Origin: Bacillota bacterium | GTDB lineage: Bacteria; Bacillota; UBA994 | DNA: 64,000 bases | Reading direction: 5' to 3' | NCBI GenBank assembly: GCA_009773495.1 | Contig: WSXW01000008.1 | Coordinates: 64,050-128,049 of the forward strand | Shown: piece after piece, positions 9,758 through 19,916 of the stretch | How the letters are laid out: each line of letters begins with the position of its first letter | Numbering within the stretch: position 1 is the stretch's first letter | Program-made: the position numbers and the translations under genes | The notes under the pieces: model-generated | What the model was told of the DNA's origin: nothing | The model's database searches: none | Seen by the model: the letters and a program-made list of their open reading frames with translations, nothing else

Positions 9758-11041
9758 GTGCATGACGAAGCAGAAATCTCCTTGCGTGAAATTATCGAGG
9801 TACTACTAAAGTTTAAAGGGCTAATTGCCTTAGTCACAGCATCGGCAGTTTTAGCCGCCAGCATCGCTGTGTTCTGGGTAATAGAGCCCAAGTATGAGGC
9901 AGAAGCCAAATTGATCGTTGCAGACTTTAAGCCCAGCACTGAAGCCATTAGTACCGATTTAGTAGGCGGGCTTCCCATCTATCCTGATTTCACTATAGAT
10001 AGCTACCGAGAGCAGTTAAAGAACCCAGAGGTCATGGAGAAAGTCCTAGCGGAACTTAATCTTAGTGAATTAGGTTATACCGTCTCCTCACTATCTAGGG
10101 CCGTCTCAGTCGAAGCGATTAGGGGCACCAATCTTATTAAGATCAAAGTAAGAGATGGCTCCCCAGAGCTAGCCGCCCAAATAGCCAATGCCCTTGCCTT
10201 AAACTTTACGGAGTTCATTACTACGCTAACCCAAGAACAGGCCAGCAAGACCTTGGACCTTCTAGAAGAGGCGTTGCTCATCCAAGATGCCAATCTTAAT
10301 GCAGCTCAGTTAGCATATTCCAACTTCCTAAAACAACCTAATGGAGTAGCAGAGCTTGGGAGCGAGATATCGTCCAAAATTTCACAAATAACCTCCTTCA
10401 AGAGCATTCTTGCTCAGCTTGAGATTGACATAGCGGTCGAAACAGCCGCTCAGCTTTCCACCCAGGCACAGTTGGCGCAAACCGAGCGATACTTATATAC
10501 TACAAAGACCATTGTAGACGATCCCGTGCTTTACAACCTGGTGCAAGGTCAAGAAACCACTGGTGGAACAGCCCTGCTTGAGGTCAAGAGCCAAGAGCAC
10601 AATCCATTATATTTAAGCTTACAAGCAGGTCTCAGCACGAGAGTAACAACTCTAGCTCGTTTACGTGCACAAAACAAAGATACGATAGCTAGATTAACGC
10701 AACTCCAAGTCCGTCTGGAAACACTTCAGGTCGATCTAGCAGATAAAACCTATCAGGCGGAGTTACTACAGAGGAACGTAGCCGTGGCTCAGAAGAGCTT
10801 TAATACATACATAGATAGGCGCGAAGAAGTTCGTATCGCCCAATCTGCCAAGCTAGGCGAGGCGGCAGTAGTCATTTCATCGCGTGCTGTGGCACCCATA
10901 GTGCCAGTGTCGCCAAAGAAACTGCTAACGTTGGTCGTCGCAGCATTCGCAGGTATGATGATAGGTGTCTTTTCCGCTTTTCTCAAGGGTTACTGGGATG
11001 CCACGACTCCCGCTGGCCGTTCTCGCCCAGTGGTTGGCTAG
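9758..11041 (+). CDS. Wzz/GumC-type polysaccharide chain-length determinant
   Basis: EISLREII N-terminus, TM helix, long coiled coil, Pro-rich PVSPKK then a second TM; GTG at 9758 follows AGGAGG. Confidence 0.85.
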   Translation: MHDEAEISLREIIEVLLKFKGLIALVTASAVLAASIAVFWVIEPKYEAEAKLIVADFKPSTEAISTDLVGGLPIYPDFTIDSYREQLKNPEVMEKVLAELNLSELGYTVSSLSRAVSVEAIRGTNLIKIKVRDGSPELAAQIANALALNFTEFITTLTQEQASKTLDLLEEALLIQDANLNAAQLAYSNFLKQPNGVAELGSEISSKISQITSFKSILAQLEIDIAVETAAQLSTQAQLAQTERYLYTTKTIVDDPVLYNLVQGQETTGGTALLEVKSQEHNPLYLSLQAGLSTRVTTLARLRAQNKDTIARLTQLQVRLETLQVDLADKTYQAELLQRNVAVAQKSFNTYIDRREEVRIAQSAKLGEAAVVISSRAVAPIVPVSPKKLLTLVVAAFAGMMIGVFSAFLKGYWDATTPAGRSRPVVG

Positions 11042-11130
11042 CTGTTTCCATGTCCACTTTTTATCGCTAAGAAAAGCCCCCAGCTGTAAATGCCGCGAAG
11101 CAAACAAATTGAATGGAGTAGAAGTTGAGT

Positions 11131-11721
11131 ATGGCTGATGAAGTTACCATAAGGAGAACAGTTAGAGACTACTTAAAAGTTAAGCGAATTATAGATATGG
11201 TTCTCTCACTGATAGGGTTAATAGTCTTGTCACCGCTATTTTTAATTACCATACTTGCTATAAAGCTTGACTCCACAGGACCTATACTGTTCACACAAAA
11301 GCGCATCGGGATACATAAGTGTCATTTTAATATATTAAAGTTCCGTACCATGAGGATAGATACACCTAAAGACACACCAACTCATCTACTTGAAAATCCA
11401 GAACAGTACATCACAACTGTGGGTAAATTTCTGCGAAAGACGAGCCTTGATGAGTTGCCCCAGATTATTAATATACTGTGTGGAACTATGTCAATAATCG
11501 GTCCCCGCCCCGCTCTATGGAATCAGTATGATTTAATTGCGGAACGAGACAAATATAGTGCTAATGATGTGCCACCAGGGCTCACAGGTTGGGCGCAGAT
11601 AAATGGTCGAGATGAACTTCCTATTGAGGTTAAGGCCAAGCTTGATGGGGAGTATGTTGCGAGAATGAGCTTTATATTGAAGGTGGGACTGGAACGACAG
11701 GGAAGACGGATGTCTGCATGA
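11131..11721 (+). CDS. Priming sugar transferase (Bac_transf, small phosphoglycosyl transferase)
   Basis: KRIID, KFRTM, RKTSLDELPQ, GPRP, PGLTGWAQINGR; the C-terminal tail looks atypical. Confidence 0.88.
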   Translation: MADEVTIRRTVRDYLKVKRIIDMVLSLIGLIVLSPLFLITILAIKLDSTGPILFTQKRIGIHKCHFNILKFRTMRIDTPKDTPTHLLENPEQYITTVGKFLRKTSLDELPQIINILCGTMSIIGPRPALWNQYDLIAERDKYSANDVPPGLTGWAQINGRDELPIEVKAKLDGEYVARMSFILKVGLERQGRRMSA

Positions 11722-11740
11722 CGAAGGAGACTACGTCAGG

Positions 11741-12553
11741 ATGAAGAAGATACTTGTGACGGGAGCAGATAGTTACGTAGGGACGGCTTTTGAGAGATGG
11801 CTTTCACAGTATCCTGATGAGTATTCTGTCGATACCATTGATATGAGGGATAATGTTTGGCAAGACAAGCCCTTTGAAGCGTATGATGTGGTACTTCATG
11901 TAGCTGCAGTTGTTCATAAAAAGGAAAGCCCTAAAATAGAAAGTATATATTTAAAAGTGAATGTAGATTTGCCAGTTGCCGTCGCTAAGAAAGCTAGGGC
12001 GGCAGGGGTAAGACAGTTCATTTTCATGAGTACGATGGCTGTTTACGGCGAAGAAGGTGAGATCGGTCATGAGGTAATTATCACTAGAGACACTACACCC
12101 AATCCTAAGACGTATTACGGGAAGAGCAAACTTGCAGCTGAATATGAGCTGAACAAGTTGGCTAATGAAAACTTCAAAATTCTGGTCTTAAGACCCCCTA
12201 TGATTTATGGGTCAAATTGTCCTAGCAATTACGCTAAACTGGTGAAGCTAGCAAAATTAACGCCTATTTTTCCTATGATTGAAAATAAGAGAAGCATGTT
12301 GTATATTGATAAACTATGTCAACACCTCAAGGGGCACATCGATAAGGAATCTAAAGGATTGTTTTTTCCACAAGACAACGAGTACTGGAACACAAGCTTG
12401 CTGGTGAAGAAGCTTGCTGAGCAAAGTGGCAAGAAGATTTACTTGTCTGAATCAATGGGGTGGTTGATAAGGCTCATTGGTGCCCGATCAGGGGTAATAA
12501 AAAAAGTTTTTGGTAATTTGGTGTACGAGCGCGAAGAGGCGGAAAATGGCTAA
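11741..12553 (+). CDS. NAD-dependent epimerase/dehydratase family protein
   Basis: ILVTGADSYVG, YGKSK (YxxxK), LRPPMIYG. Confidence 0.85.
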   Translation: MKKILVTGADSYVGTAFERWLSQYPDEYSVDTIDMRDNVWQDKPFEAYDVVLHVAAVVHKKESPKIESIYLKVNVDLPVAVAKKARAAGVRQFIFMSTMAVYGEEGEIGHEVIITRDTTPNPKTYYGKSKLAAEYELNKLANENFKILVLRPPMIYGSNCPSNYAKLVKLAKLTPIFPMIENKRSMLYIDKLCQHLKGHIDKESKGLFFPQDNEYWNTSLLVKKLAEQSGKKIYLSESMGWLIRLIGARSGVIKKVFGNLVYEREEAENG

Positions 12554-12558
12554 TAAAA

Positions 12559-12713
12559 TGGCTCACTGTTATGACCATAGACCCTAGCCTTACAGGTTGC
12601 ACTCCGCTAGACTTGATTAAGTCCCTAGAGAAACACAACATCGAATCCCGCCCAGTGTGGAAGCCCATGCATTTACAACCGGCTTGTGCCTACCTTCCGG
12701 GTCCAGTCTGACC
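12559..12713 (+). pseudogene. Remnant of a DegT/DnrJ/EryC1/StrS sugar aminotransferase C-terminus
   Basis: Hand translation gives WLTVMTIDP...NIESRPVWKPMHLQP, then LCLPSGSSLT in a shifted frame. Confidence 0.8.
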
Positions 12714-12846
12714 ATTGCCTACCCAGAGGGTCAAACGAATATCCTATACCGACCTAATGGAGGAGTTTCGTGACCGCGGTCATAAGGTGTGCGTAGTATG
12801 CTCGAGGGATAGGCGCTACAAAAATGCTACCCTGTTTGAAGTAGGG
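12714..12846 (+). pseudogene. Remnant of a GT4 (WbuB-like) glycosyltransferase N-terminus
   Basis: Hand translation gives IAYPEGQTNI / YTDLMEEFRDRGHKVCVVCSRDRR with one frameshift. Confidence 0.6.
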
Positions 12847-12899
12847 TGGTAGGGACTGGCGCGTGAGCACTCTACCACCAATAGCAGAGGAGGACCCAC

Positions 12900-13670
12900 A
12901 TGAAAGTAGTTATTCTAGCTGGTGGATTCGGAACTCGGATTTCTGAAGAAACGCACCTCAAACCAAAGCCCATGATTGAGATAGGTGAAAAACCGATCTT
13001 ATGGCACATCATGAAGATTTATAGTTATTATGGTTTCAACGAATTCGTCATATGCCTAGGGTTTAAGGGGTATGTCGTCAAAGAGTATTTTTATAACTAT
13101 TTTTTGCATAACTGCGACGTCACTTTCGACGTTCGAACACAGGGGATGGAGATACACCAAAACTCGGCCGAGCCCTGGCGGGTAACGCTAGTCGATACAG
13201 GTCCAGCTACCATGACGGGTGGACGTGTGAAACGGATTAAGCCATACGTCAAAAATGAGACTTTCATGCTCACTTATGGAGATGGGGTTGCTGATATAAC
13301 TATCCCTGCCCTGCTAGAGTTTCATCGCCGCCATGGCAAGATGGCCAGCGTAACGGCTGTGCAGCCATCAGGCCGTTTCGGAGCGATGCATATAAGTGAA
13401 GACCAAATGGTGCAGGCATTTCAAGAAAAGCCTGAGGGAGATGGCGGCTGGGTTAACGGGGGTTTTTTCGTGTTCGAACCTGGCGTTTTCAACTATATCG
13501 ATGGAGATCAGACCATCCTTGAAAGAGACCCACTTGAGAAGTTAGCTACTGACGGACAGCTTCAAGCTTATAAGCACGCGGGGTTTTGGCAGCCGATGGA
13601 CACTCTGCGCGATAAAACTCGCTTGGAGGAATTATGGCAAAACAATAAAGCCCCTTGGAAGGTGTGGTGA
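12900..13670 (+). CDS. rfbF: Glucose-1-phosphate cytidylyltransferase
   Basis: ILAGGFGTRISEET..KPKPM, TMTGGR, TYGDGV, FWQPMDTLRDK. Confidence 0.96.
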   Translation: MKVVILAGGFGTRISEETHLKPKPMIEIGEKPILWHIMKIYSYYGFNEFVICLGFKGYVVKEYFYNYFLHNCDVTFDVRTQGMEIHQNSAEPWRVTLVDTGPATMTGGRVKRIKPYVKNETFMLTYGDGVADITIPALLEFHRRHGKMASVTAVQPSGRFGAMHISEDQMVQAFQEKPEGDGGWVNGGFFVFEPGVFNYIDGDQTILERDPLEKLATDGQLQAYKHAGFWQPMDTLRDKTRLEELWQNNKAPWKVW

Positions 13671-13675
13671 GCAAG

Positions 13676-14800
13676 ATGGTATCACACGCAAGGCGACAAC
13701 TTTTTGATGACATCTACCGGGGCAAGACGGTCTTAGTCACGGGGCATACCGGCTTCAAAGGCTCGTGGCTAGCATTGTGGCTGCATTCGCTGGGTGCCAA
13801 AGTGGTTGGGTATGCATTGGAGCCGCTCACGGACCCAAGCATGTTCAACGCCATAGACCTACCCACGAAGATTACTCACATAATCGGAGATGTGCGTGAT
13901 TTTGGTCACCTTTCTGCGGTCATGGAAACCCACCAGCCGCAGATTGTGTTCCATCTGGCAGCACAGCCACTGGTACGCTTGTCCTACCGTGAGCCTCAGC
14001 TAACATACGAGACTAACGTGATGGGCACAGTCAACCTCTTGGAAGCTGTCCGCCGCACATCCAGTGTGCGAGTCGTCGTGAATGTCACCAGCGACAAGTG
14101 TTACGAAAATAAGGAATGGGATTACAGCTATAGGGAAAATGATCCCCTGGGCGGCTTCGACCCCTATAGCTCCAGCAAGGGTTGCGCCGAGTTAGTGTCA
14201 GCGTCCTATCACAGGTCTTTTTTTAACAATCCAGATAGTGTACACATGGCCTCGGCGCGGGCCGGAAATGTGGTTGGCGGTGGAGACTGGGCCTCAGATC
14301 GCATCGTTCCGGATTGCATACGTTCGTTGCAGAGCAGCGCGCGAGTTGTTTTGAGAAACCCTCAGGCGATTCGCCCTTGGCAACACGTTTTGGAGTCACT
14401 TTCAGGGTATCTTTGGTTGGGGAATCTGCTCTGGGTGAAAGGGCATGCGTACAGCGGTCCGTGGAATTTCGGCCCCGAACCAGGAGGCAACATCACAGTC
14501 CAAGAAGTGGTGGAGAAGATTATCAAGCACTGGGGAGAAGGCGCCTGGGGTGGAGACGCGGACACGAGTCAACAACTTCATGAGGCCAAGTTTTTAAAGC
14601 TCGACTGTACGAGGGCCAATAATCTCTTAAAGTGGTTTTCGGTTTATGATATCGAACAGACTTTACGGGTGACAACCGCCTGGTACCGAGCATACTACTG
14701 CAGCCACGGTAAGATGTGGGAACACTCACTCAGGGACATCGAGGAGTATGTGGAAGCGGCATCAGTGAAGAAACTGGCTTGGGTTGGTAAAACACTTTGA
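13676..14800 (+). CDS. rfbG: CDP-glucose 4,6-dehydratase
   Basis: TGHTGFKGSWL, HLAAQPLVR, TSDKCY, DPYSSSK, RPWQHVLE. Confidence 0.95.
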   Translation: MVSHARRQLFDDIYRGKTVLVTGHTGFKGSWLALWLHSLGAKVVGYALEPLTDPSMFNAIDLPTKITHIIGDVRDFGHLSAVMETHQPQIVFHLAAQPLVRLSYREPQLTYETNVMGTVNLLEAVRRTSSVRVVVNVTSDKCYENKEWDYSYRENDPLGGFDPYSSSKGCAELVSASYHRSFFNNPDSVHMASARAGNVVGGGDWASDRIVPDCIRSLQSSARVVLRNPQAIRPWQHVLESLSGYLWLGNLLWVKGHAYSGPWNFGPEPGGNITVQEVVEKIIKHWGEGAWGGDADTSQQLHEAKFLKLDCTRANNLLKWFSVYDIEQTLRVTTAWYRAYYCSHGKMWEHSLRDIEEYVEAASVKKLAWVGKTL

Positions 14801-14824
14801 TAAGAATTTCAGGGAGGAAGACGA

Positions 14825-16207
14825 TTGCAACGACTAAATAACGAACAACCGAACAGCCAGCATATGAGCCGAGAACAATTAAACGTGGCACAACTAAGGC
14901 AAGAGATTCTTGACAAAGTGGCGCACTATTACGACTTGGCGTATGCTACGAAAAACTTCTTCGTTCCCGGGCAATCCCGCATTCCTTACGCAGGTCGGGT
15001 TTTCGATGCGACCGAGATGGTCAATCTCGTTGATTCAGCCCTTGAGTTTTGGTTGACACATGGCCGTTTTGCCCAAGAGTTTGAAGCCAAACTAGCCACT
15101 TTTCTGGACGTAAAATACTGCTGCTTGGTCAATTCCGGATCATCGGCTAACCTGCTGGCTTTTATGGCTTTGACGGCCGACAATCTAGGGCGAAGAAAGA
15201 TCGAGCGCGGAGATGAAGTAATCACCGTCGCGGCCGGTTTTCCCACCACAGTGACCCCCATTATTCAATATGGTGCCATTCCTGTATTTGTCGACATCGA
15301 ACTTGCTACGGCAAATATCGATGTTACCCAACTGGAGTCGGCCTTGAGCAAAAAGACCAAGGCTGTGATGATCGCCCACACTTTGGGCAACCCCTTCGAT
15401 ACTCGGGCGGTAGTGGATTTTTGCCGGAAACATGATTTGTGGCTGATCGAAGACAATTGCGATGCCTTGGGGTCGACATACGAGGGTAAGTACACCGGTA
15501 CATTCGGCGACATCGGAACCAGCAGCTTCTATCCTCCCCACCATATGACGATGGGAGAAGGGGGAGCGGTCTACACCAAAAACCCGCTACTTGCCAAGAT
15601 AATCTTGTCCATGCGAGATTGGGGAAGAGACTGCGTCTGCCCGTCAGGCGTTGATAACATGTGCGGTCATCGCTTTGATCGGAAGCTTGGGGAACTCCCC
15701 CTCGGCTATGACCACAAGTACGTGTACTCACACTTGGGCTACAACTTAAAGGCGACGGACATGCAGGCGGCTGTGGGTTGTGCGCAGTTGGATAAATTGC
15801 CGTCTTTCATATCCGCCCGTCGAAGAAACTGGAGGTTATTGCGAGACGCTCTGACCGACTTGTCTGATGTGTTCATCCTTCCAGAAGCTACCAGGGGTTC
15901 AGACCCAAGTTGGTTTGGCTTCTTACTCACGGTGAGAGAAAATGCGGGTTTTACGAGAGACCAAATTGTGAAGCATCTTGAATCACGAGGGGTACAAACC
16001 CGAATGCTGTTTGCCGGCAACCTCATTAAGCACCCGTGCTTTGATGGGCTGAGATCCAGGGGTGAGGGATATAGGGTGGCAAGCGAACTCCGCAACACCG
16101 ACGCAATAATGAATCAGGCGTTTTGGGTAGGGGTTTATCCGGGGATGACGGAAGAGATGGTCCAGTATATAGCTAAGAGTATTAGAGATCTTGCTTGGGG
16201 TGATTAA
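14825..16207 (+). CDS. rfbH: CDP-4-keto-6-deoxy-D-glucose 3-dehydrase (RfbH/DdhC, E1)
   Basis: [24 protein letters not shown] (His where aminotransferases have the PLP Lys), [15 protein letters not shown]. Confidence 0.93.
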   Translation: MQRLNNEQPNSQHMSREQLNVAQLRQEILDKVAHYYDLAYATKNFFVPGQSRIPYAGRVFDATEMVNLVDSALEFWLTHGRFAQEFEAKLATFLDVKYCCLVNSGSSANLLAFMALTADNLGRRKIERGDEVITVAAGFPTTVTPIIQYGAIPVFVDIELATANIDVTQLESALSKKTKAVMIAHTLGNPFDTRAVVDFCRKHDLWLIEDNCDALGSTYEGKYTGTFGDIGTSSFYPPHHMTMGEGGAVYTKNPLLAKIILSMRDWGRDCVCPSGVDNMCGHRFDRKLGELPLGYDHKYVYSHLGYNLKATDMQAAVGCAQLDKLPSFISARRRNWRLLRDALTDLSDVFILPEATRGSDPSWFGFLLTVRENAGFTRDQIVKHLESRGVQTRMLFAGNLIKHPCFDGLRSRGEGYRVASELRNTDAIMNQAFWVGVYPGMTEEMVQYIAKSIRDLAWGD

Positions 16208-16212
16208 ATGAC

Positions 16213-16776
16213 ATGCGCATCGAGAGTACAGTGATCCCTGACTGCTACGAAATGCATCCCGTGATCCACACAGATAAGCGCGGCGTTTTTGTAAAGACAT
16301 TTTACGAAGACTTCTTCGCCAAGAACGGGCTGAAAACGAGCTTTGCGGAGGAATACTATTCGTGTTCATGGCGAGGCGTTCTCAGGGGGTTGCACTTTCA
16401 GGCCCCCCCCCACGATCATACCAAGTTGGTTTTCTGCGTATTAGGTGAAGTTCTTGATGCCGTTGTTGACCTCAGGGTTGGTTCTCCCACATACGGTAAG
16501 TTTGAAACGTTCAGGCTAAGTGCCCAGAAGGCAAACATGATCTACGTTCCTCAAGGGTTAGCGCACGGCTTTTACGTACTGAGCGAAAGTGCGATACTTA
16601 TGTATAAAGTAACGACCATACATTCGCCCGAGCATGACACAGGCATCCTCTGGAGTTCAGCCGGAATACCTTGGCCGTGCCTAAACCCCATAATGTCAGC
16701 CCGAGACAGCATGTTTCCACCATTAGCAAGTTTCGTTAGCCCGTTCAAATATTACTTCGGTTCCGGAGGTGAGTAG
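16213..16776 (+). CDS. RmlC/AscE-family NDP-4-keto-sugar epimerase
   Basis: DKRGVF, GVLRGLHFQ, DLRVGSPTYG, GLAHGF. Confidence 0.88.
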   Translation: MRIESTVIPDCYEMHPVIHTDKRGVFVKTFYEDFFAKNGLKTSFAEEYYSCSWRGVLRGLHFQAPPHDHTKLVFCVLGEVLDAVVDLRVGSPTYGKFETFRLSAQKANMIYVPQGLAHGFYVLSESAILMYKVTTIHSPEHDTGILWSSAGIPWPCLNPIMSARDSMFPPLASFVSPFKYYFGSGGE

Positions 16777-16779
16777 CAC

Positions 16780-17679
16780 ATGAATCCAAGAAAGGCCCTC
16801 ATTACGGGTGGCACGGGGTTTATTGGGTCTGCTTTATGTAGGCGCCTAGTGACCGATGGCTGGGATGTCCATCTGGTTGTGAGAAACGAATCTGCCTTAT
16901 CTCAACTTGATGGTATACTCGATCGGGTAACCTTGGGTGTTCACGATGGATCGACAGAAGGGATACAGGCCATTCTCCGGAAGGCGAAGCCGACAACGGT
17001 CTTCCACCTGGCATCCTTGTTTCTCGTCGAGCATAAACCAGCAGATATTGAAGCTCTTATTAAAAGTAACATTGTTTTTGGCACTCAGTTAGTGGAGGCA
17101 ATGGCGGCCAATGGTGTCTATGAACTGGTGAATACTGGGACATCTTGGCAGCATTTTGAGAGTCACGAATATGATCCAGTCTCCCTCTATGCTGCCACGA
17201 AACAAGCTTTCGAGAGCATTCTAACCTTTTATGTTAAAGTAACGCCTCTGCGTGTGATAACCCTAAAGCTGTTTGACACTTATGGACCTAACGACCCGCG
17301 CAATAAGCTCTTTAGCCTGCTACGACGCGCGGCGAAAACTCAAGTTCCTCTAGCTATGTCCCCTGGGGAACAGCTTGTGGATCTAGTGTATTTGGACGAC
17401 GTAATTGAAGCCTATCTTGAAGCGGCCCGTAGACTGAGCGACCCAGAGGTGCAGCAGGAAGCTTACGCGGTCTCCTCGGGGTGTCTTATTAGGCTAAAGG
17501 AGCTAGTGCAAATTTATGGCAGGGTAACAGGGATCCCGGTACCTGTTGAGTGGGGTTCTCGTCCTTATCGATTTCGTGAAGTGATGATTCCGTGGCACAA
17601 GGGGCTACCCTTGCCGGGATGGTTACCGAGAACCAACATCGAAGAGGGAATCAGAAGAATGGAGGGGATTTGTCGGTGA
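16780..17679 (+). CDS. NAD(P)-dependent CDP-sugar 4-reductase (RfbJ/AscF-like)
   Basis: ITGGTGFIG, NTGTSWQH, LYAATK, LFDTYGP, MSPGEQ; position after rfbFGH. Confidence 0.75.
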   Translation: MNPRKALITGGTGFIGSALCRRLVTDGWDVHLVVRNESALSQLDGILDRVTLGVHDGSTEGIQAILRKAKPTTVFHLASLFLVEHKPADIEALIKSNIVFGTQLVEAMAANGVYELVNTGTSWQHFESHEYDPVSLYAATKQAFESILTFYVKVTPLRVITLKLFDTYGPNDPRNKLFSLLRRAAKTQVPLAMSPGEQLVDLVYLDDVIEAYLEAARRLSDPEVQQEAYAVSSGCLIRLKELVQIYGRVTGIPVPVEWGSRPYRFREVMIPWHKGLPLPGWLPRTNIEEGIRRMEGICR

Positions 17680-17780
17680 AGTGCCTCAAACCGTTAGTTA
17701 CAGTGGCCATTCCCACCCGCAATCGGGCTAACTACTTGCGGGAGGAACTCTGTCTTGGCCACCGTTCCCCGCAAAAGTGA
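17676..17780 (+). pseudogene. Truncated GT2 glycosyltransferase (N-terminus only)
   Basis: KPLVTVAIPTRNRANYLRE, coupled to the previous stop (GTGA), then similarity is lost. Confidence 0.75.
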
Positions 17781-17929
17781 AGCGGCACCCTTCTTTTTGA
17801 AGTATTTATGGCGGCACTACGATCAAAATTAGCACATTTTTGCTAAGGGGGCTCATTGCGCTGAAAAACAAAGACATTTGTCCACCCCAAAAATGGGGTT
17901 TGACAGACCCTAGAAACTCCTGTAAACCA

Positions 17930-18613
17930 TAAAATGGTTATCCATTTTACTCAGGTTGAGAAAACCCTTATAATTAGAGCATGAGAGAATATCCAATGAC
18001 ATTTGGTGAGTCTATCAAGCAATTTATGACAGAAGAACAATGCCGGGACTATCTTTACAGTTTAAGATGGCCAGATGGGTTTGTCTGTCCAAAATGTGGA
18101 CTGCATACAACGGCGTGGCCTGTGAGAAAAGTCTTGTATGAGTGTTCTGCCTGTGGTCATCAGGCATCTGTAATAGCTGGCACGGTTTTTCAAGATACCA
18201 GAAAGCCTTTGAGAGAGTGGTTTATAGCCATATGGTGTGTGTCCACGCAAAATAATGGGACAAGTGCAAATGGCTTACAGCAGGTTCTGGGTCTTAGGAG
18301 TTATCAAACGGTGTGGACTTGGTTGCACAAAATCAGAACAGCTATGGTCAATCCGAATCGTGCAAAATTAGCGGGTGATGTTGAAGTTGATGAAACCTAT
18401 ATTGGCGGGCTAGAAACTGATGGCAAACGCGGCAGAGGAACTGAAAACAAGGTTCTTGTTGCTATAGCTGTTGAACTCGTGACCAAAAACCTAGGGAAAA
18501 AGGAAAGAAGGACTATTACTGGAAAACGCTATGCAGATTTCTCCGACAACCTACAAAGACCTGATAAATCATGATTTTTAGCACTTACCTGAGTGAAGTG
18601 GATAACCATTTTA
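17930..18613 (+). mobile_element. IS1595-family insertion sequence, internally deleted
   Basis: 27-bp terminal inverted repeats 17930-17956 and 18587-18613 (25/27 match) enclosing a short transposase ORF. Confidence 0.85.
17981..18574 (+). pseudogene. IS1595-family (ISXO2-like) transposase, truncated
   Basis: Zn ribbon RWPDGFVCPKC..CSAC, HTH region, VEVDETYIGG, KRGRG; the rest of the DDE core is missing at 197 aa. Confidence 0.85.
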
Positions 18614-19052
18614 GCTATAATTAGCAAAAGGGGTATCCGCTTAGCTCCACCTCACGGACAACCGTGCCACCAAAAGGCGACTATTGCGGTCAAAACTGGT
18701 TCAATCTCCCACTTTCGGTGGGGTAGTCGCGTTTTTAGGAACACACGCTCCACAGGAGGAACTAAACGGATGATCCCCTATTATTGCTATTGGGGCTGTC
18801 TTTAAGGTTCATCAACTATTTTGTTGTTGGCTAGCGGCGTACTGCTTACGGGCTTTATCCTTGAATTCTTACAGGTACGACCTACGGTCCGAAAATGCTT
18901 TTCGGTGATATTTCCCTGGGTATGCAGAGATTGCGGGTTATCGGGCTTTTTTTGCCTGGTTTTCGTGGAGGAATATTCTGGATGCTTCAGACAGAGAGAT
19001 GGTCTCCAAAGTGGTGCAATTTATGGCAATAGCCGAGGGAGCGCAGGTTAAA

Positions 19053-19892
19053 GTGCCTAAAGTAAGCGTGTGTATACCAGTCTATAATGGTGAGCTATTC
19101 ATTGGCGAGGCGATTGATTCAGTTCTCAAGCAGGATTATGATGCTATTGAAATCATAGTGAATGACAATGCCTCCACGGATAAGACAACAGATATTGTGC
19201 GTTCTTATATTTTACTTCAGCCGGATAAGATTCGGCTATACGAAAATGAGAGCAATATTGGGATGGCCAATAATTGGAATAAAGTTATAAATAAATCGAC
19301 CGGTGATTACTTTGTCCTACTTAGTGCCGATGACACACTTAGACTAGGCATGATCCGCAGATGCATGGCTGTGATGGACGCATCGGTTGATGCTGTCAGC
19401 GTAGACCATTTTATTCAGGAAAGCCATGGTCTCAGGCTGCGGCGAGTTAAAATAAAGTCCGGCGAATATACAAACTGTGCCTCACTTATCATGATGAAAA
19501 ACCCATTCTCTATCAACTTTACGATATTTAACCGCTCCCGTGTGTGTGAAAAAATTGATTGCAGAAACTTTTTTTCTGTTACTTATCAAACATGTGATTA
19601 TGATTTATGGCTGCGGTTGGCATTAAGCGGTGCTACCATAAAATATATAGATGAACCCTTAGGAGTATATCGCGTACACGACACAAATCTGTCACACGAT
19701 AGACGAAAAATGAGACGGCAAACCTCGCTTGTTATTTTCAGGCACAGCGCTATTTTGCGTGAAAAAGCATGTCTGCCGTATAAGCTGACACTCTTTCGTT
19801 TTTTGATAAGAGTGATATATGATACAATATTGGTGAGGGGATTTGATAGTCGTCATTTCAAGATATTATTGCAAAGGCTGATATGGAGATAG
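19053..19892 (+). CDS. Glycosyltransferase family 2
   Basis: KVSVCIPVYNGE, NDNASTD, LSADD, DYDLWLR; start uncertain. Confidence 0.88.
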   Translation: MPKVSVCIPVYNGELFIGEAIDSVLKQDYDAIEIIVNDNASTDKTTDIVRSYILLQPDKIRLYENESNIGMANNWNKVINKSTGDYFVLLSADDTLRLGMIRRCMAVMDASVDAVSVDHFIQESHGLRLRRVKIKSGEYTNCASLIMMKNPFSINFTIFNRSRVCEKIDCRNFFSVTYQTCDYDLWLRLALSGATIKYIDEPLGVYRVHDTNLSHDRRKMRRQTSLVIFRHSAILREKACLPYKLTLFRFLIRVIYDTILVRGFDSRHFKILLQRLIWR

Positions 19893-19916
19893 TATGATAC
19901 CGGAGGGGTCTGAAAA

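Noticed and set aside
18615..18810. Group II intron or ncRNA remnant to the right of the IS
   Set aside because: No recognisable domain V/VI; origin unresolved
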